Shown: positions 1 through 8,404, counted from the stretch's first letter. The stretch is DNA of 20,066 nt from Bdellovibrionota bacterium FG-2 (GCA_051382305.1 JBBCAV010000387.1:1-20066); one strand, 5' to 3'. Numbers and translations: made by a program. The notes: generated by a model from the sequence alone, not told the origin.

Positions 1-30
1 TAGGAAAATTGTAGGAAGAAAATAGGAAAA
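1..30. repeat. Three TAGGAARA direct repeats at 11-bp spacing (putative integrase arm-type sites)
   Basis: TAGGAAAA at 1, TAGGAAGA at 12, TAGGAAAA at 23; lies 3' of a tRNA gene next to IHF-like sites. Confidence 0.5.
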
Positions 31-80
31 TCCCGAAATCTCGCGACTGATCGGGAAATACCGAGGCTACTCCTGAATCG

Positions 81-108
81 TAACTGCTTGAATCCTAAGT
101 AGTTGATA
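81..108. promoter_or_regulatory. IHF-consensus binding site(s)
   Basis: TAAGTAGTTGATA (96-108) matches YAANNNNTTGATW exactly; TAACTGCTTGAAT (81-93) is a near match. Confidence 0.45.
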
Positions 109-110
109 TT

Positions 111-143
111 AAAAAGCCTCCCACAAATTTCTTTGCGAGAGGC
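111..143 (-). terminator. Intrinsic terminator downstream of tRNA-Asn
   Basis: Minus strand GCCTCTCGCAAA-GAAA-TTTGTGGGAGGC hairpin (two G:U pairs) followed by TTTTT, about 10 nt after the tRNA CCA. Confidence 0.7.
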
Positions 144-152
144 CTACTGAAA

Positions 153-227
153 TGGCTCAGGAGGAGGGATTTGAACCCCCGACCAGCCGGTTAACAGCCG
201 GCTGCTCTACCACTGAGCTACTCCTGA
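153..227 (-). tRNA. tRNA-Asn (anticodon GTT)
   Basis: Reverse complement TCAGGAGTAGCTCAGTGGTAGAGCAGCCGGCTGTTAACCGGCTGGTCGGGGGTTCAAATCCCTCCTCCTGAGCCA: acceptor stem TCAGGAG/CTCCTGA, anticodon arm GCCGG-CTGTTAA-CCGGC, GTTCAAAT T-loop, encoded CCA. Confidence 0.97.
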
Positions 228-385
228 ATATAATGATGCCCAGTTCTTTAAGATTTAGACTAAACCCGAAACTTTGTCTAGGCGCGTTTTCATAAAGATA
301 TTCAAAGACTCTGGCCTACCTTTTTCTTGACTCCATGCTCCCTCACATATAACGATAAGCCGTTCTATTTATTGGGGGAGTTCAT

Positions 386-1006
386 ATGATTAAGCTTCGA
401 ACCTATATTTTTATCGATTCGCTTCAGCCGCAACTGGCCGAGTATCTGGGTACGACCTCACAAGGGTTTTTGCCGATTCCAGGCGATGCATCGCTTTGGA
501 TCGAGACGGCACCCGGAATGGCGATTCATCGCCTGACTGATACGGCTCTTAAGGCTACGAAAGTTCGTTTGGGCCAGCAGGTCGTCGAGCGATCCTTCGG
601 AACGCTCGAAGTTCACCATGAAGACCAAGGTGAAGTTCGTCAGGCGGGCGAAGCGTGTTTGCGCATGATCGAGAAAACGGTCGATCAACGGCAGAAGTGC
701 AAAGTCGCTTGGACCGAAACGATTCGCGCGCTGGAGCCAGACCATGCCGTTAACGTCAATCGTCAGGGACGTCGGGGTTCCATGATCCTTCCTGGAATGA
801 GCATGTTCATTCTAGAAACCGATCCCGCTGGCTACATCGTTTATGCGGCAAATGAAGCTGAAAAAGCCGCTGATGTTACGCTGGTTGACGTCCGCGCTTT
901 CGGAGCGTTTGGGCGTTTAACTCTTGCAGGCAAAGAAGCTGACATCGATGAGGCAGCAAAGGCAGCAATGAATGCAATTAATGGTTTAACAGGCATAGAA
1001 AAATAG
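386..1006 (+). CDS. BMC shell protein, tandem-domain double-stacking trimer (BMC-Tdp; CcmP/CsoS1D-like)
   Basis: Motifs [60 protein letters not shown]. Confidence 0.9.
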   Translation: MIKLRTYIFIDSLQPQLAEYLGTTSQGFLPIPGDASLWIETAPGMAIHRLTDTALKATKVRLGQQVVERSFGTLEVHHEDQGEVRQAGEACLRMIEKTVDQRQKCKVAWTETIRALEPDHAVNVNRQGRRGSMILPGMSMFILETDPAGYIVYAANEAEKAADVTLVDVRAFGAFGRLTLAGKEADIDEAAKAAMNAINGLTGIEK

Positions 1007-1046
1007 CAAGAAAAATAACATTTATCAAAAAAAGGGAGAACACAAA

Positions 1047-1349
1047 ATGTCAGATGCATTGGGAATGATTGAAACAAAGGGTTTTGTAGGAATGGTCGAA
1101 GCTTCAGATGCGATGCTCAAAGCAGCACGCGTTGACCTCGTAGGCTATGAGCGCATCGGCGGCGGCTATGTCACCGCGATCGTTCGTGGCGACGTTGCTG
1201 CGGTGAAAGCGGCTGTTGAAGCCGGCGCTCGCGCGGCTGAAAAAGTCGGCGAAATGGTTTCGGTGCATGTGATTCCTCGCCCACATGCGAACGTGGATTC
1301 TGTGCTTCCTTTGGGCCGCACAAAGCCTGAAGGCAAGTCTAAGGCTTAA
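1047..1349 (+). CDS. BMC hexameric shell protein (BMC-H, PduA/EutM/CcmK family)
   Basis: [24 protein letters not shown]...[11 protein letters not shown]...[15 protein letters not shown]; closely resembles H. ochraceum BMC-H as recalled. Confidence 0.97.
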   Translation: MSDALGMIETKGFVGMVEASDAMLKAARVDLVGYERIGGGYVTAIVRGDVAAVKAAVEAGARAAEKVGEMVSVHVIPRPHANVDSVLPLGRTKPEGKSKA

Positions 1350-1391
1350 GAACGCGCCTGTTTTTGGTATGAATTATGGAGGGCAACCCCT

Positions 1392-1679
1392 GTGAATGTA
1401 GGGAAAGTCATCGGAACAGTCGTGGCGTCGCGGAAAGATCCTAAACTTGAGGGGCTCACGCTCCTTTTGGTTCAGCAAACAGATCTCACGGGTACGCCCA
1501 AGGGTTCAAATGTCGTGGCGGTGGATTCGGTGGGCGCAGGGGTCGGCGAAGTCGTGCTCTATGCCTCGGGTTCTAGCGCCCGGCAAACCGACGTAACTCA
1601 AAACCGTCCCGTCGATACCGTCATCATGGCGATTGTTGATGAGATTGAGGCCGGGGGCAAAACCACTTTTCGGAAGTAA
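1392..1679 (+). CDS. BMC pentameric vertex protein (BMC-P, EutN/CcmL family) #1
   Basis: [49 protein letters not shown] start with SD GGAGG. Confidence 0.95.
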   Translation: MNVGKVIGTVVASRKDPKLEGLTLLLVQQTDLTGTPKGSNVVAVDSVGAGVGEVVLYASGSSARQTDVTQNRPVDTVIMAIVDEIEAGGKTTFRK

Positions 1680-1721
1680 GTCGCCGAAATGCTCGCCTTC
1701 GTCTGAAAGTAGTACCGATAT

Positions 1722-1883
1722 ATGAATCCGAACCAATTAAACCAAGATCAGATCAATCAACTTGCCGAAGCTGTGGCCGCGCGTCTCATGGGAACTCAAG
1801 CGGGTTCCTATTCGGCGGCATCGCCTAAGCGCTCTTTTGAAAAAGCAGGGAAGGTCTCTCTCTCGGTGAGTACTCATTCTTAG
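1722..1883 (+). CDS. 53-aa ORF resembling the encapsulation peptide plus linker of the downstream aldehyde dehydrogenase, ending at an in-frame TAG
   Basis: MNPNQLNQDQINQLAEAVAARLMGTQAGSYSAASPKRSFEKAGKVSLSVSTHS*; amphipathic helix then Ala/Ser-rich linker; same frame as 1899..3188; below the ORF-track size cutoff. Confidence 0.7.
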   Translation: MNPNQLNQDQINQLAEAVAARLMGTQAGSYSAASPKRSFEKAGKVSLSVSTHS

Positions 1884-1890
1884 GAGACCT
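1852..1890. repeat. 39-bp imperfect palindrome containing the TAG and an SD-like AGGAG
   Basis: AGGTCTC (1852-1858) / GAGACCT (1884-1890) arms around the perfect palindrome TGAGTACTCA (1867-1876); (TC)5 run at 1855-1864. Confidence 0.75.
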
Positions 1891-1898
1891 ACGCGAAT

Positions 1899-3188
1899 AT
1901 GGATGAAGCGGTCGCGGCTGCGCGTGCGGCTCAGCCAAAATGGGCGCAGCTTTCGCTGACCTTGCGCAAGAAAATCATCACCGAAATGCGCACCGCCCTT
2001 CGCCAGCACGTCGATGAACTCTCTGCGCTTGCGGTTCAGGAAACGGGCTTGGGCCGAGTTGAAGATAAGAAACACAAGAATCGCCTCGTCATTGATAAGA
2101 CGCCAGGCCCTGAGTATCTCGAATCCACTGCGTTTACCGGCGACGATGGACTTACGCTGCTGGAGTATGCCCCGTACGGGATCATCGGCTCGATTACACC
2201 TACGACCAACCCGAGTGAAACAATCATTAATAATGGCATCGGGATGATCTCTGCTGGAAACGCTGTCGTTTTCAATCCGCATCCTTCGGCTAAGCGGGTC
2301 TCGATCCGCACGATGGAAATCATGAATGACGTGATCGTCAGAAACGGCGGACCTCACGGTTGCCTCGTGATGGTCGCAGAACCTACGATTGATACGGCTG
2401 GAGCGCTGATGAAGCACCCCGGAATTCGCCTGCTCGTCGTAACGGGCGGTCCTGCAGTCGTGAAGGCCGCGATGGCTTCGGGCAAAAAAGTGATTGCAGC
2501 AGGTCCGGGCAATCCCCCTGTCGTGGTTGACGAAACCGCTGATTTGGATCAGGCCGCCGAGGGGATTATCAAAGGCGCCTCACTCGATAACAACATCGTC
2601 TGCATCGCCGAAAAAGAGATCATTGCTGTGGCCTCGATCGCCGATGAACTCAAACGCAAATTGCAGCAATACGGCGGATATCTGATCAATGCACAACAAG
2701 TGAAACAACTTGAACAGCATGTGCTGGATCCCGATGGAATTCATCCCAATAAGAAATTTGTCGGTAAAGACGCCAGCGTGATTTTAGCCGCGATCGGAAT
2801 TCACGCGGGCTCCGACACCCGAATCGTTTTTTGCGAAGTCGATGAAAACCATCCGTTTGTGCAAGTCGAGCTGTTGATGCCGCTGATTCCGCTCACCCGC
2901 GTGCCCAATGTCGATGAAGCCATTGAAATGGCGGTACGGGTGGAGCATGGGTTTGGGCACACTTCGATGATGTACAGCAAGAATATCGAAAATCTCCATA
3001 ATATGGCCAGGGCCGTGAACACGTCGATCTTCGTTAAAAACGCTCCAAGCTACGCGGGTCTTGGATTAGGCGGCGAAGGGTTCTCGTCATTTACAATCGC
3101 CTCGCCCACGGGTGAAGGTCTTACGAACTGTCGCACTTTTTCGCGCGTCAGGCGTTGTGTGCTCAAGGATTATTTTCGGATCGTATAA
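1899..3188 (+). CDS. CoA-acylating aldehyde dehydrogenase (PduP/EutE family), catalytic portion
   Basis: ITPTTNPSET, FNPHPSAK, VTGGPAVV, AGPGNPP, catalytic Cys in NNIVCIAEKE, GGEGFSSFTIASPTGEG; inside a BMC locus. Confidence 0.95.
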   Translation: MDEAVAAARAAQPKWAQLSLTLRKKIITEMRTALRQHVDELSALAVQETGLGRVEDKKHKNRLVIDKTPGPEYLESTAFTGDDGLTLLEYAPYGIIGSITPTTNPSETIINNGIGMISAGNAVVFNPHPSAKRVSIRTMEIMNDVIVRNGGPHGCLVMVAEPTIDTAGALMKHPGIRLLVVTGGPAVVKAAMASGKKVIAAGPGNPPVVVDETADLDQAAEGIIKGASLDNNIVCIAEKEIIAVASIADELKRKLQQYGGYLINAQQVKQLEQHVLDPDGIHPNKKFVGKDASVILAAIGIHAGSDTRIVFCEVDENHPFVQVELLMPLIPLTRVPNVDEAIEMAVRVEHGFGHTSMMYSKNIENLHNMARAVNTSIFVKNAPSYAGLGLGGEGFSSFTIASPTGEGLTNCRTFSRVRRCVLKDYFRIV

Positions 3189-3203
3189 AGGGTTTAATAT
3201 TAG

Positions 3204-3818
3204 ATGGGCGAAGCTCTCCGTAGAAAAACGCTTTTTAGCCTCGGAACAATTGAGATTCCTGCGCTTGCGTTTATCGAGTTTTCGAGCATTTCTCGTGGCT
3301 TGTATTTGACGGACACCGTGCTTAAAAAAGCCCCTGTTCAGGTAATTGCCTCTCAGCCCGTGTCCTCAGGTAAGCACGTGCTTTTGTTTGCCGGGGATGT
3401 GGCATCTGTCGAAGCGGCTTACCATGCGGCGCTTGAGCTTGCGGATGGAACGGTGGTTCGCGAGATTTTGATCCCAGGTGTACATGAGCAACTTGCGCCG
3501 TTTTTGGATTCGATTTGGACGTTTCAGCCTAAATTGATTCCTGCAAATCCTGAGGAGTCTTTGGGGGTGGTCGAATCCACAACACTTGCAGGCGCGATTG
3601 TTTCAGCGGACCGCGCGCTGAAGACGGCACGCGTGCAGTTGTGCCGGATGCGTCTAGGACAAGGGATTGGCGGAAAGGCCTATTATGTATTGATGGGCCG
3701 CCAAGAAGCGATTGAAGCGGCGCTTGAGGCAGCAAAACAAAGCTTAGAGGGACTTGAGAGTTTTTGTAGAGTGGACATGATCCCGAGACCCCAAGAGGAG
3801 GCGCTGGCTTATTTCTAA
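3204..3818 (+). CDS. BMC tandem-domain single-layer trimer (BMC-Ts, PduT-like)
   Basis: Two BMC domains: ALAFIEFSSISRG...LKKAPV...PVSSGKH and LGVVESTTLAGAIVSADRALKTA...GIGGKAYY. Confidence 0.9.
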   Translation: MGEALRRKTLFSLGTIEIPALAFIEFSSISRGLYLTDTVLKKAPVQVIASQPVSSGKHVLLFAGDVASVEAAYHAALELADGTVVREILIPGVHEQLAPFLDSIWTFQPKLIPANPEESLGVVESTTLAGAIVSADRALKTARVQLCRMRLGQGIGGKAYYVLMGRQEAIEAALEAAKQSLEGLESFCRVDMIPRPQEEALAYF

Positions 3819-3839
3819 TAGTGCTGGTGAAAAAATACG

Positions 3840-4112
3840 ATGCAATTAGCTTTTGTTCAAGGAACGGTCGTTGCGAGTCAAAAAGTAAAAGATCTTCAGA
3901 GCTATCCGCTCAAAGTCCTTCAAGCTTGCGATCACGATCATCATCTGGTCGGCGAGCCGTTTGTGGCAGTGGATGCTGTGGGAGCCCGGACGGGGGATCT
4001 CGTAATTTGGGTGGGTAAACGCGAGGCGTCGCTTGCGATTCCGGGGGCAGCGCTGGCTAATAATTATCCGGTCGATGCGGCCGTGACGGGGATTGTCGAT
4101 GATCATCGCTAA
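3840..4112 (+). CDS. BMC-P (EutN/CcmL family) #2
   Basis: MQLAFVQGTVVASQK, VAVDAVGARTGDLV, PVDAAVTGIVD. Confidence 0.9.
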   Translation: MQLAFVQGTVVASQKVKDLQSYPLKVLQACDHDHHLVGEPFVAVDAVGARTGDLVIWVGKREASLAIPGAALANNYPVDAAVTGIVDDHR

Positions 4113-4377
4113 AGTTGTTTCAAGATTGGTTGCCACGGCAAGGCTCGATTCCCTTCCGAATCGCCAACTCCTTTGTGTGCAACCTCAAGAAGGTTTTGGG
4201 GATCAGACGACCCTCGTAGCCATTGATACGGTTCAAGCAGGCCCGGGCGATACCGTCCTTGTGATGCAAGAGGGAACGGGGGCACGCCAAGCAGTTCTTG
4301 CGGATCCAAGCCAGCCTCTCCCAGCTCAAATGGTCATTGTGGGGATTGTTGATCAGGTTCACACGATTTTTGACTAA
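4099..4377 (+). CDS. BMC-P (EutN/CcmL family) #3
   Basis: MIIAKVVSRLVAT, VAIDTVQAGPGDTVLVMQEGTGARQ, IVGIVD; ATG at 4099 preferred over TTG 4093; overlaps the previous gene. Confidence 0.88.
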   Translation: MIIAKVVSRLVATARLDSLPNRQLLCVQPQEGFGDQTTLVAIDTVQAGPGDTVLVMQEGTGARQAVLADPSQPLPAQMVIVGIVDQVHTIFD

Positions 4378-4400
4378 ACCTTTCCTGCCGAGTACACTAG

Positions 4401-4964
4401 ATGGGCATGCCTCCTACAAGACGACGCATAGTGTTGATCGACTCTGCTTTTCAGCTCCGGTTTGCATTTTATGTGTGCACCTGGATCTTTGCGTTGAGTC
4501 TGGTTTATCCGTTCATCATTTATAATGTGTTTGGATTTTTCTTTAGATATTTGGCCTTGGATCCCGAAGGGCCTGCGGTTGCGGCTATCTTGGACGTTAA
4601 AAAAGAAATTTTGGTTCTTTTGGTCCTCTTGCAGATCGTGTTTCTGGTCATGACTTTTTTGATCAGTATTTTCGTTTCCCACCGGATTGCCGGCCCCTTA
4701 TACAAGTTGAAGAAAATCCTAAGTCAAGCGCGCACTGGCGGAAGTAAAGACCGCGTTTTTTTTCGGAAAAAAGATCATTTTCATGATTTGGCCACTGAAT
4801 ACAATATGACGATGGATCATTTGGAGCGGGCACAAAAAGAAAAAGACAAAACTGTCATTGAAACGGCTGAGAAGCTTAAAAAATTGGTGGCTCAAATAGA
4901 AAAGCCCGAACTGAGGTACGAGTGCGAAACGCTCGTTCAAGCCATTCAGAAGTCTTTGAGCTAG
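4401..4964 (+). CDS. Two-TM membrane protein with HAMP-like segment and coiled-coil tail
   Basis: Two hydrophobic helices, then SHRIAGPLYKL...RKKDHFHDLATEYN, a HAMP-like pattern. Confidence 0.65.
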   Translation: MGMPPTRRRIVLIDSAFQLRFAFYVCTWIFALSLVYPFIIYNVFGFFFRYLALDPEGPAVAAILDVKKEILVLLVLLQIVFLVMTFLISIFVSHRIAGPLYKLKKILSQARTGGSKDRVFFRKKDHFHDLATEYNMTMDHLERAQKEKDKTVIETAEKLKKLVAQIEKPELRYECETLVQAIQKSLS

Positions 4965-4977
4965 TTCTGGGTTTGCT

Positions 4978-5370
4978 GTGATTAAGTTTCGTCCTCATCA
5001 TTTTTTATGCACACAGAGTTTCCAGGGTAAGGGCTATTCACCGGAATTTGTAAAAAAGTATTTTGAAATTAAAAACTCTTTAGCCCCAGAGACCTTGATT
5101 CACGTTGTCTTGGATACTGAGGACTCGATTTGCCAATCTTGTCCGAATCGTCAGGGCGCGCGTTGTGCGACCGAAGAAAAGGTTCAGACCCTTGATGCAA
5201 AGCATGCGAAAATCTTGAGTTTGTGCCGAGGGGATAGCCTCACCTGGGGTGCCGTTTTGGAGAGGCTTGCCACTAAAATGACAGTTGATGATTTCCACCG
5301 AGTCTGTGCGCCTTGTGGCTGGAAAGAACTCGGGGTCTGTGAGAAAACTTTGAAAGAGCTCAAAAAATGA
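4978..5370 (+). CDS. DUF1284 family Cys/His-rich putative metal-binding protein
   Basis: RPHHFLC..FQGKGYSPEFV, DSICQSCP, VCAPCGW...GVC pattern. Confidence 0.8.
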   Translation: MIKFRPHHFLCTQSFQGKGYSPEFVKKYFEIKNSLAPETLIHVVLDTEDSICQSCPNRQGARCATEEKVQTLDAKHAKILSLCRGDSLTWGAVLERLATKMTVDDFHRVCAPCGWKELGVCEKTLKELKK

Positions 5371-7274
5371 CAAACCAAATATTGATCCGTTCGGTGAGGG
5401 TGGCGACTTTGGCCCTAGCTTTGGTCTTGGGGTTTGCGCCGAATCTAGGTGTGGCCAAAGTTCGCGGCAAAAAAGCAAAAGTGACCGAAGTAAAGAAACC
5501 AGAGATTAACCCCTCCTCTGAGCAGCTGCCATTGGATAAGCTTTCGGAGCGTCTGTACGCGTTGAATAAATTCCCGAAGGCTCGGCAGCTCAAGGGTGCC
5601 TATGATTTGCTTCAGAAGAAGAAGTTTAAACCAGTTCGTTCCAAACTCACAATGCTACAAAAGGACCCGGTATTCGGGGATGTCGCCCTTTGGCTTTCCG
5701 CTCAGGCGGATATTTTGGAGGCGAGACAAGTTTCTCAAACTCGCAAGTTTTCAGCCTCTTCAAAGCTCGCACAGCGCGCGATTTTGAAACTATTTCAAAT
5801 TGAATCGCAAATGCCAGGGTCTCCCTATATTAAGAATATCGCTAAAGAAGTGGGCCAAGCAGAACTCCTAAAAGCGCAGGCACTTTTCTTCGAGAAGAAT
5901 TATGCGGCGGCACGCCTGGTTTTTGAAGCGGCTTTTCAGCGCCTGGGCTCCAACACGGGATTGAGTGTCGTTCGAAAAGAGACTCTCGAGCAGTATGTGG
6001 TCAGTTGTCAAAAAGCAGAAGGCGAGTATTGCACGGGCTGGATGCGGAAGCTGAATTCTGCTTTTGCCAAAGCCTCCGAAGAGGCAAAGTATCTTACGAA
6101 AACACGACCGGAGGCATTTGAAAGACCGAAGCCCGCTTCGGTTTCAAAACTGACTCAAAGCTATAAGTCTCCCGATGCAGATCAGGTGGCGTTTGATTCT
6201 GCGATTGAACTTGTCCTTGAGGATAAGAATAAGAAGGCGGCCCAAGAGCTTTCTCAGTTCATGGATGAATTTCCAAGATCAACCCATCGCTATCGCGCGC
6301 GCTATTGGCACGCACGGATCTTGGTGGCACAAAAAGAGAATGAAAAATCAGTTAAGGCTTTGAGTGCTCTTCAGCAGGATTCTCCTCTGACTTACTACGG
6401 GCTTACGGCTTCCCTCCTTGGGGGAAAATCTTTTGATGAGACATTGGATCAGTCTGTTCCCAAGGCGGTTGAAATCGATCCGTATCTCAATCCCAATGAA
6501 GTGTTCCACTTGATGCGCGCCAAAATGTTCTTGGCTGAAAAGGCTCCGGAACTTGCGGCCACGGAACTCAAGGAGCTCCGCATTTCAAACGCACTTTCCA
6601 ATGAGTTTTTGCTTTATCTTTCGGAACTTAATTTTGAAGCGCACTCTTATCATACGAGTTTTCAGCTTCTGACCGAGCTCATTCAGCGCGGGTTTGCGTC
6701 TGTTTATACGACCTCAGTCGTAAAAATGATTTTTCCCGTTGCTTTTTTTGACATTATTGAGAAGCAAGCCGCTGCCAATAATCTCGATCCGGTGCTGGTG
6801 CTGAGTTTGATGAAGCAAGAATCCGCTTTTGATCCGGCGGCGATGTCGGGTGCGGGCGCTTCGGGTTTAATGCAGCTCATGCCTTTTACAGCCGTTGAAA
6901 CGGAGCCCACTGTGCGTCGAGCCGACCTGGTGGATCCTGAAACAAGTGTTCGAATTGGTGTGCGCTATTTGAAGAAGGTCTTCGACCGTTTCAATGGAAA
7001 TATCGTCTTGGCACTAGCGGGTTACAACGCAGGTCCCGGCGCGGCGGAGCGATGGATCAAGGCGAGCGCGGGGAAACACGGGATCACCGAATTCATCGAA
7101 ACGATCCCTTATAAAGAAACCCGGGATTATGTGTCATCCATCATTCGAAACTATTTTTGGTACTCCAAGATGCTCAAGCGCGAAGTGCCAAAATCTCTAG
7201 ATTACTTCTGGGCCCCCTATACGCCTAAAGGTCAGGAGCCCCCCAAAGAGCAAAAAGAAGAACAAGAAGAATAG
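5367..7274 (+). CDS. Soluble lytic transglycosylase (SLT domain) with signal peptide and TPR-like region
   Basis: LMKQESAF, GLMQLMP, ALAGYNAGPG, IPYKETRDYV; TPR-like FPRS..RYRARYW; N-terminal hydrophobic signal. Confidence 0.9.
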   Translation: MTNQILIRSVRVATLALALVLGFAPNLGVAKVRGKKAKVTEVKKPEINPSSEQLPLDKLSERLYALNKFPKARQLKGAYDLLQKKKFKPVRSKLTMLQKDPVFGDVALWLSAQADILEARQVSQTRKFSASSKLAQRAILKLFQIESQMPGSPYIKNIAKEVGQAELLKAQALFFEKNYAAARLVFEAAFQRLGSNTGLSVVRKETLEQYVVSCQKAEGEYCTGWMRKLNSAFAKASEEAKYLTKTRPEAFERPKPASVSKLTQSYKSPDADQVAFDSAIELVLEDKNKKAAQELSQFMDEFPRSTHRYRARYWHARILVAQKENEKSVKALSALQQDSPLTYYGLTASLLGGKSFDETLDQSVPKAVEIDPYLNPNEVFHLMRAKMFLAEKAPELAATELKELRISNALSNEFLLYLSELNFEAHSYHTSFQLLTELIQRGFASVYTTSVVKMIFPVAFFDIIEKQAAANNLDPVLVLSLMKQESAFDPAAMSGAGASGLMQLMPFTAVETEPTVRRADLVDPETSVRIGVRYLKKVFDRFNGNIVLALAGYNAGPGAAERWIKASAGKHGITEFIETIPYKETRDYVSSIIRNYFWYSKMLKREVPKSLDYFWAPYTPKGQEPPKEQKEEQEE

Positions 7275-7293
7275 CGCCTGCCTAGGGCGGTTT

Positions 7294-8394
7294 CTACACG
7301 TTAAAACGGAAATGCATAATGTCGCCGTCTTTGACGACATACTCTTTGCCTTCGACACGTAAGGCGCCAGCGTCGCGAATTGCCGCTTCACTTTTATACT
7401 TCATAAGATCGTTATAGTGATAGACCTCGGCCTTAATGAAACCGCGCTCAAAATCGGTGTGAATGACGCCCGCCGCAGCCGGAGCTTTCCAGCCTTTTTT
7501 AATCGTCCAAGCGCGAATCTCTTGCACGCCAGCCGTGAAATAAGTCTGGAGTCCCAAAAGCTCATAGCCCGCACGAATGACGCCGTCTAGGCCGGCTTCG
7601 GCCATGCCCATTTCTTTTAAAAACGCGCCTTTTTCTTCATCGGCGAGCTCGGAAATTTCGCTTTCTATTTTTCCACAAATTGGAACGACAGGGCTGCCCT
7701 CTTTTTTGGCATATTCAATGAGTTTCTTGAAATGAGGGTTGCCTTCGGGGTTGGCCACGTCGGCATCGTCAATGTTGGCGACGTACATGACTTTTTTGGC
7801 AGTAATAAGGTGAAAGTCATGGATCAATCCAAGCTGCTCTTCAGAAAGATTCAGTGAGCGCACGGGATGGCCAGCCTCTAAGGCGTTTTTTACCGGTTCC
7901 AAGACGCCCATAACAGCCGCAGCTTTTTTGTCACCGGAGCGCGCGATCTTTTGCGTGCTGTTATAGCGTTTCGTGACCGTATCAAGATCCGCAAAAATAA
8001 GTTCCATGTCGATCACCGAGATGTCTCGGAGCGGATCCACGCTCCCATCGACGTGAATGACGTTGGGATCGGCAAAGCAACGAACGACATGGGCAAGAGC
8101 ATTGGTCTCACGAATGTGACCTAAGAATTGATTCCCCAGGCCTTCGCCTTTTGATGCGCCTTTGACAAGTCCTGCGATGTCGACGAACACCATGCTAGCC
8201 GGAATCAATTTTTCGGGCGGGATGTATGTTTTTATGTCGGCCAGCCGGGGGTCTGGCACTTTGACAATCCCGGTGTTGGGGTCAATAGTACAAAAAGGAT
8301 AGTTCGCGGCCTCTGCTTTGGCAGAAGTGAGTGCGTTGAAGATTGTTGATTTGCCGACGTTTGGAAGACCTACGATTCCACATTGAAAACCCAT
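7294..8394 (-). CDS. ychF: Ribosome-binding ATPase YchF
   Basis: [44 protein letters not shown]-terminal [19 protein letters not shown]. Confidence 0.98.
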   Translation of the reverse strand: MGFQCGIVGLPNVGKSTIFNALTSAKAEAANYPFCTIDPNTGIVKVPDPRLADIKTYIPPEKLIPASMVFVDIAGLVKGASKGEGLGNQFLGHIRETNALAHVVRCFADPNVIHVDGSVDPLRDISVIDMELIFADLDTVTKRYNSTQKIARSGDKKAAAVMGVLEPVKNALEAGHPVRSLNLSEEQLGLIHDFHLITAKKVMYVANIDDADVANPEGNPHFKKLIEYAKKEGSPVVPICGKIESEISELADEEKGAFLKEMGMAEAGLDGVIRAGYELLGLQTYFTAGVQEIRAWTIKKGWKAPAAAGVIHTDFERGFIKAEVYHYNDLMKYKSEAAIRDAGALRVEGKEYVVKDGDIMHFRFNV

Positions 8395-8404
8395 ATAATT
8401 GTAT

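Noticed and set aside
1-30. CRISPR array or iteron origin
   Set aside because: Repeats are only 8 bp with no spacers, and no cas or rep gene is visible; no CRISPR array was seen anywhere in the window.
1855-1864. (TC)5 as a phase-variation switch restoring the peptide-enzyme fusion
   Set aside because: The two parts are already in frame; adding or removing one TC unit leads to TGA stops, and inverting 1852-1890 gives TAA.
1881-1883. Genome-wide TAG reassignment or pyrrolysine as the explanation for the in-frame stop
   Set aside because: BMC-T (1006), ychF, pth and tatC end at TAG at their expected C-termini, and no pyl genes are visible in the window.
1853-1889. Inward-facing BsaI sites (GGTCTC/GAGACC) as a cloning scar
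   Set aside because: No vector, marker or other synthetic sequence is present; the sites are simply the arms of the palindrome.
1737-2417. 226-aa minus-strand ORF and other antisense ORFs across the BMC, prs and peptidase genes
   Set aside because: Shadow frames of well-supported genes with no recognisable motifs.
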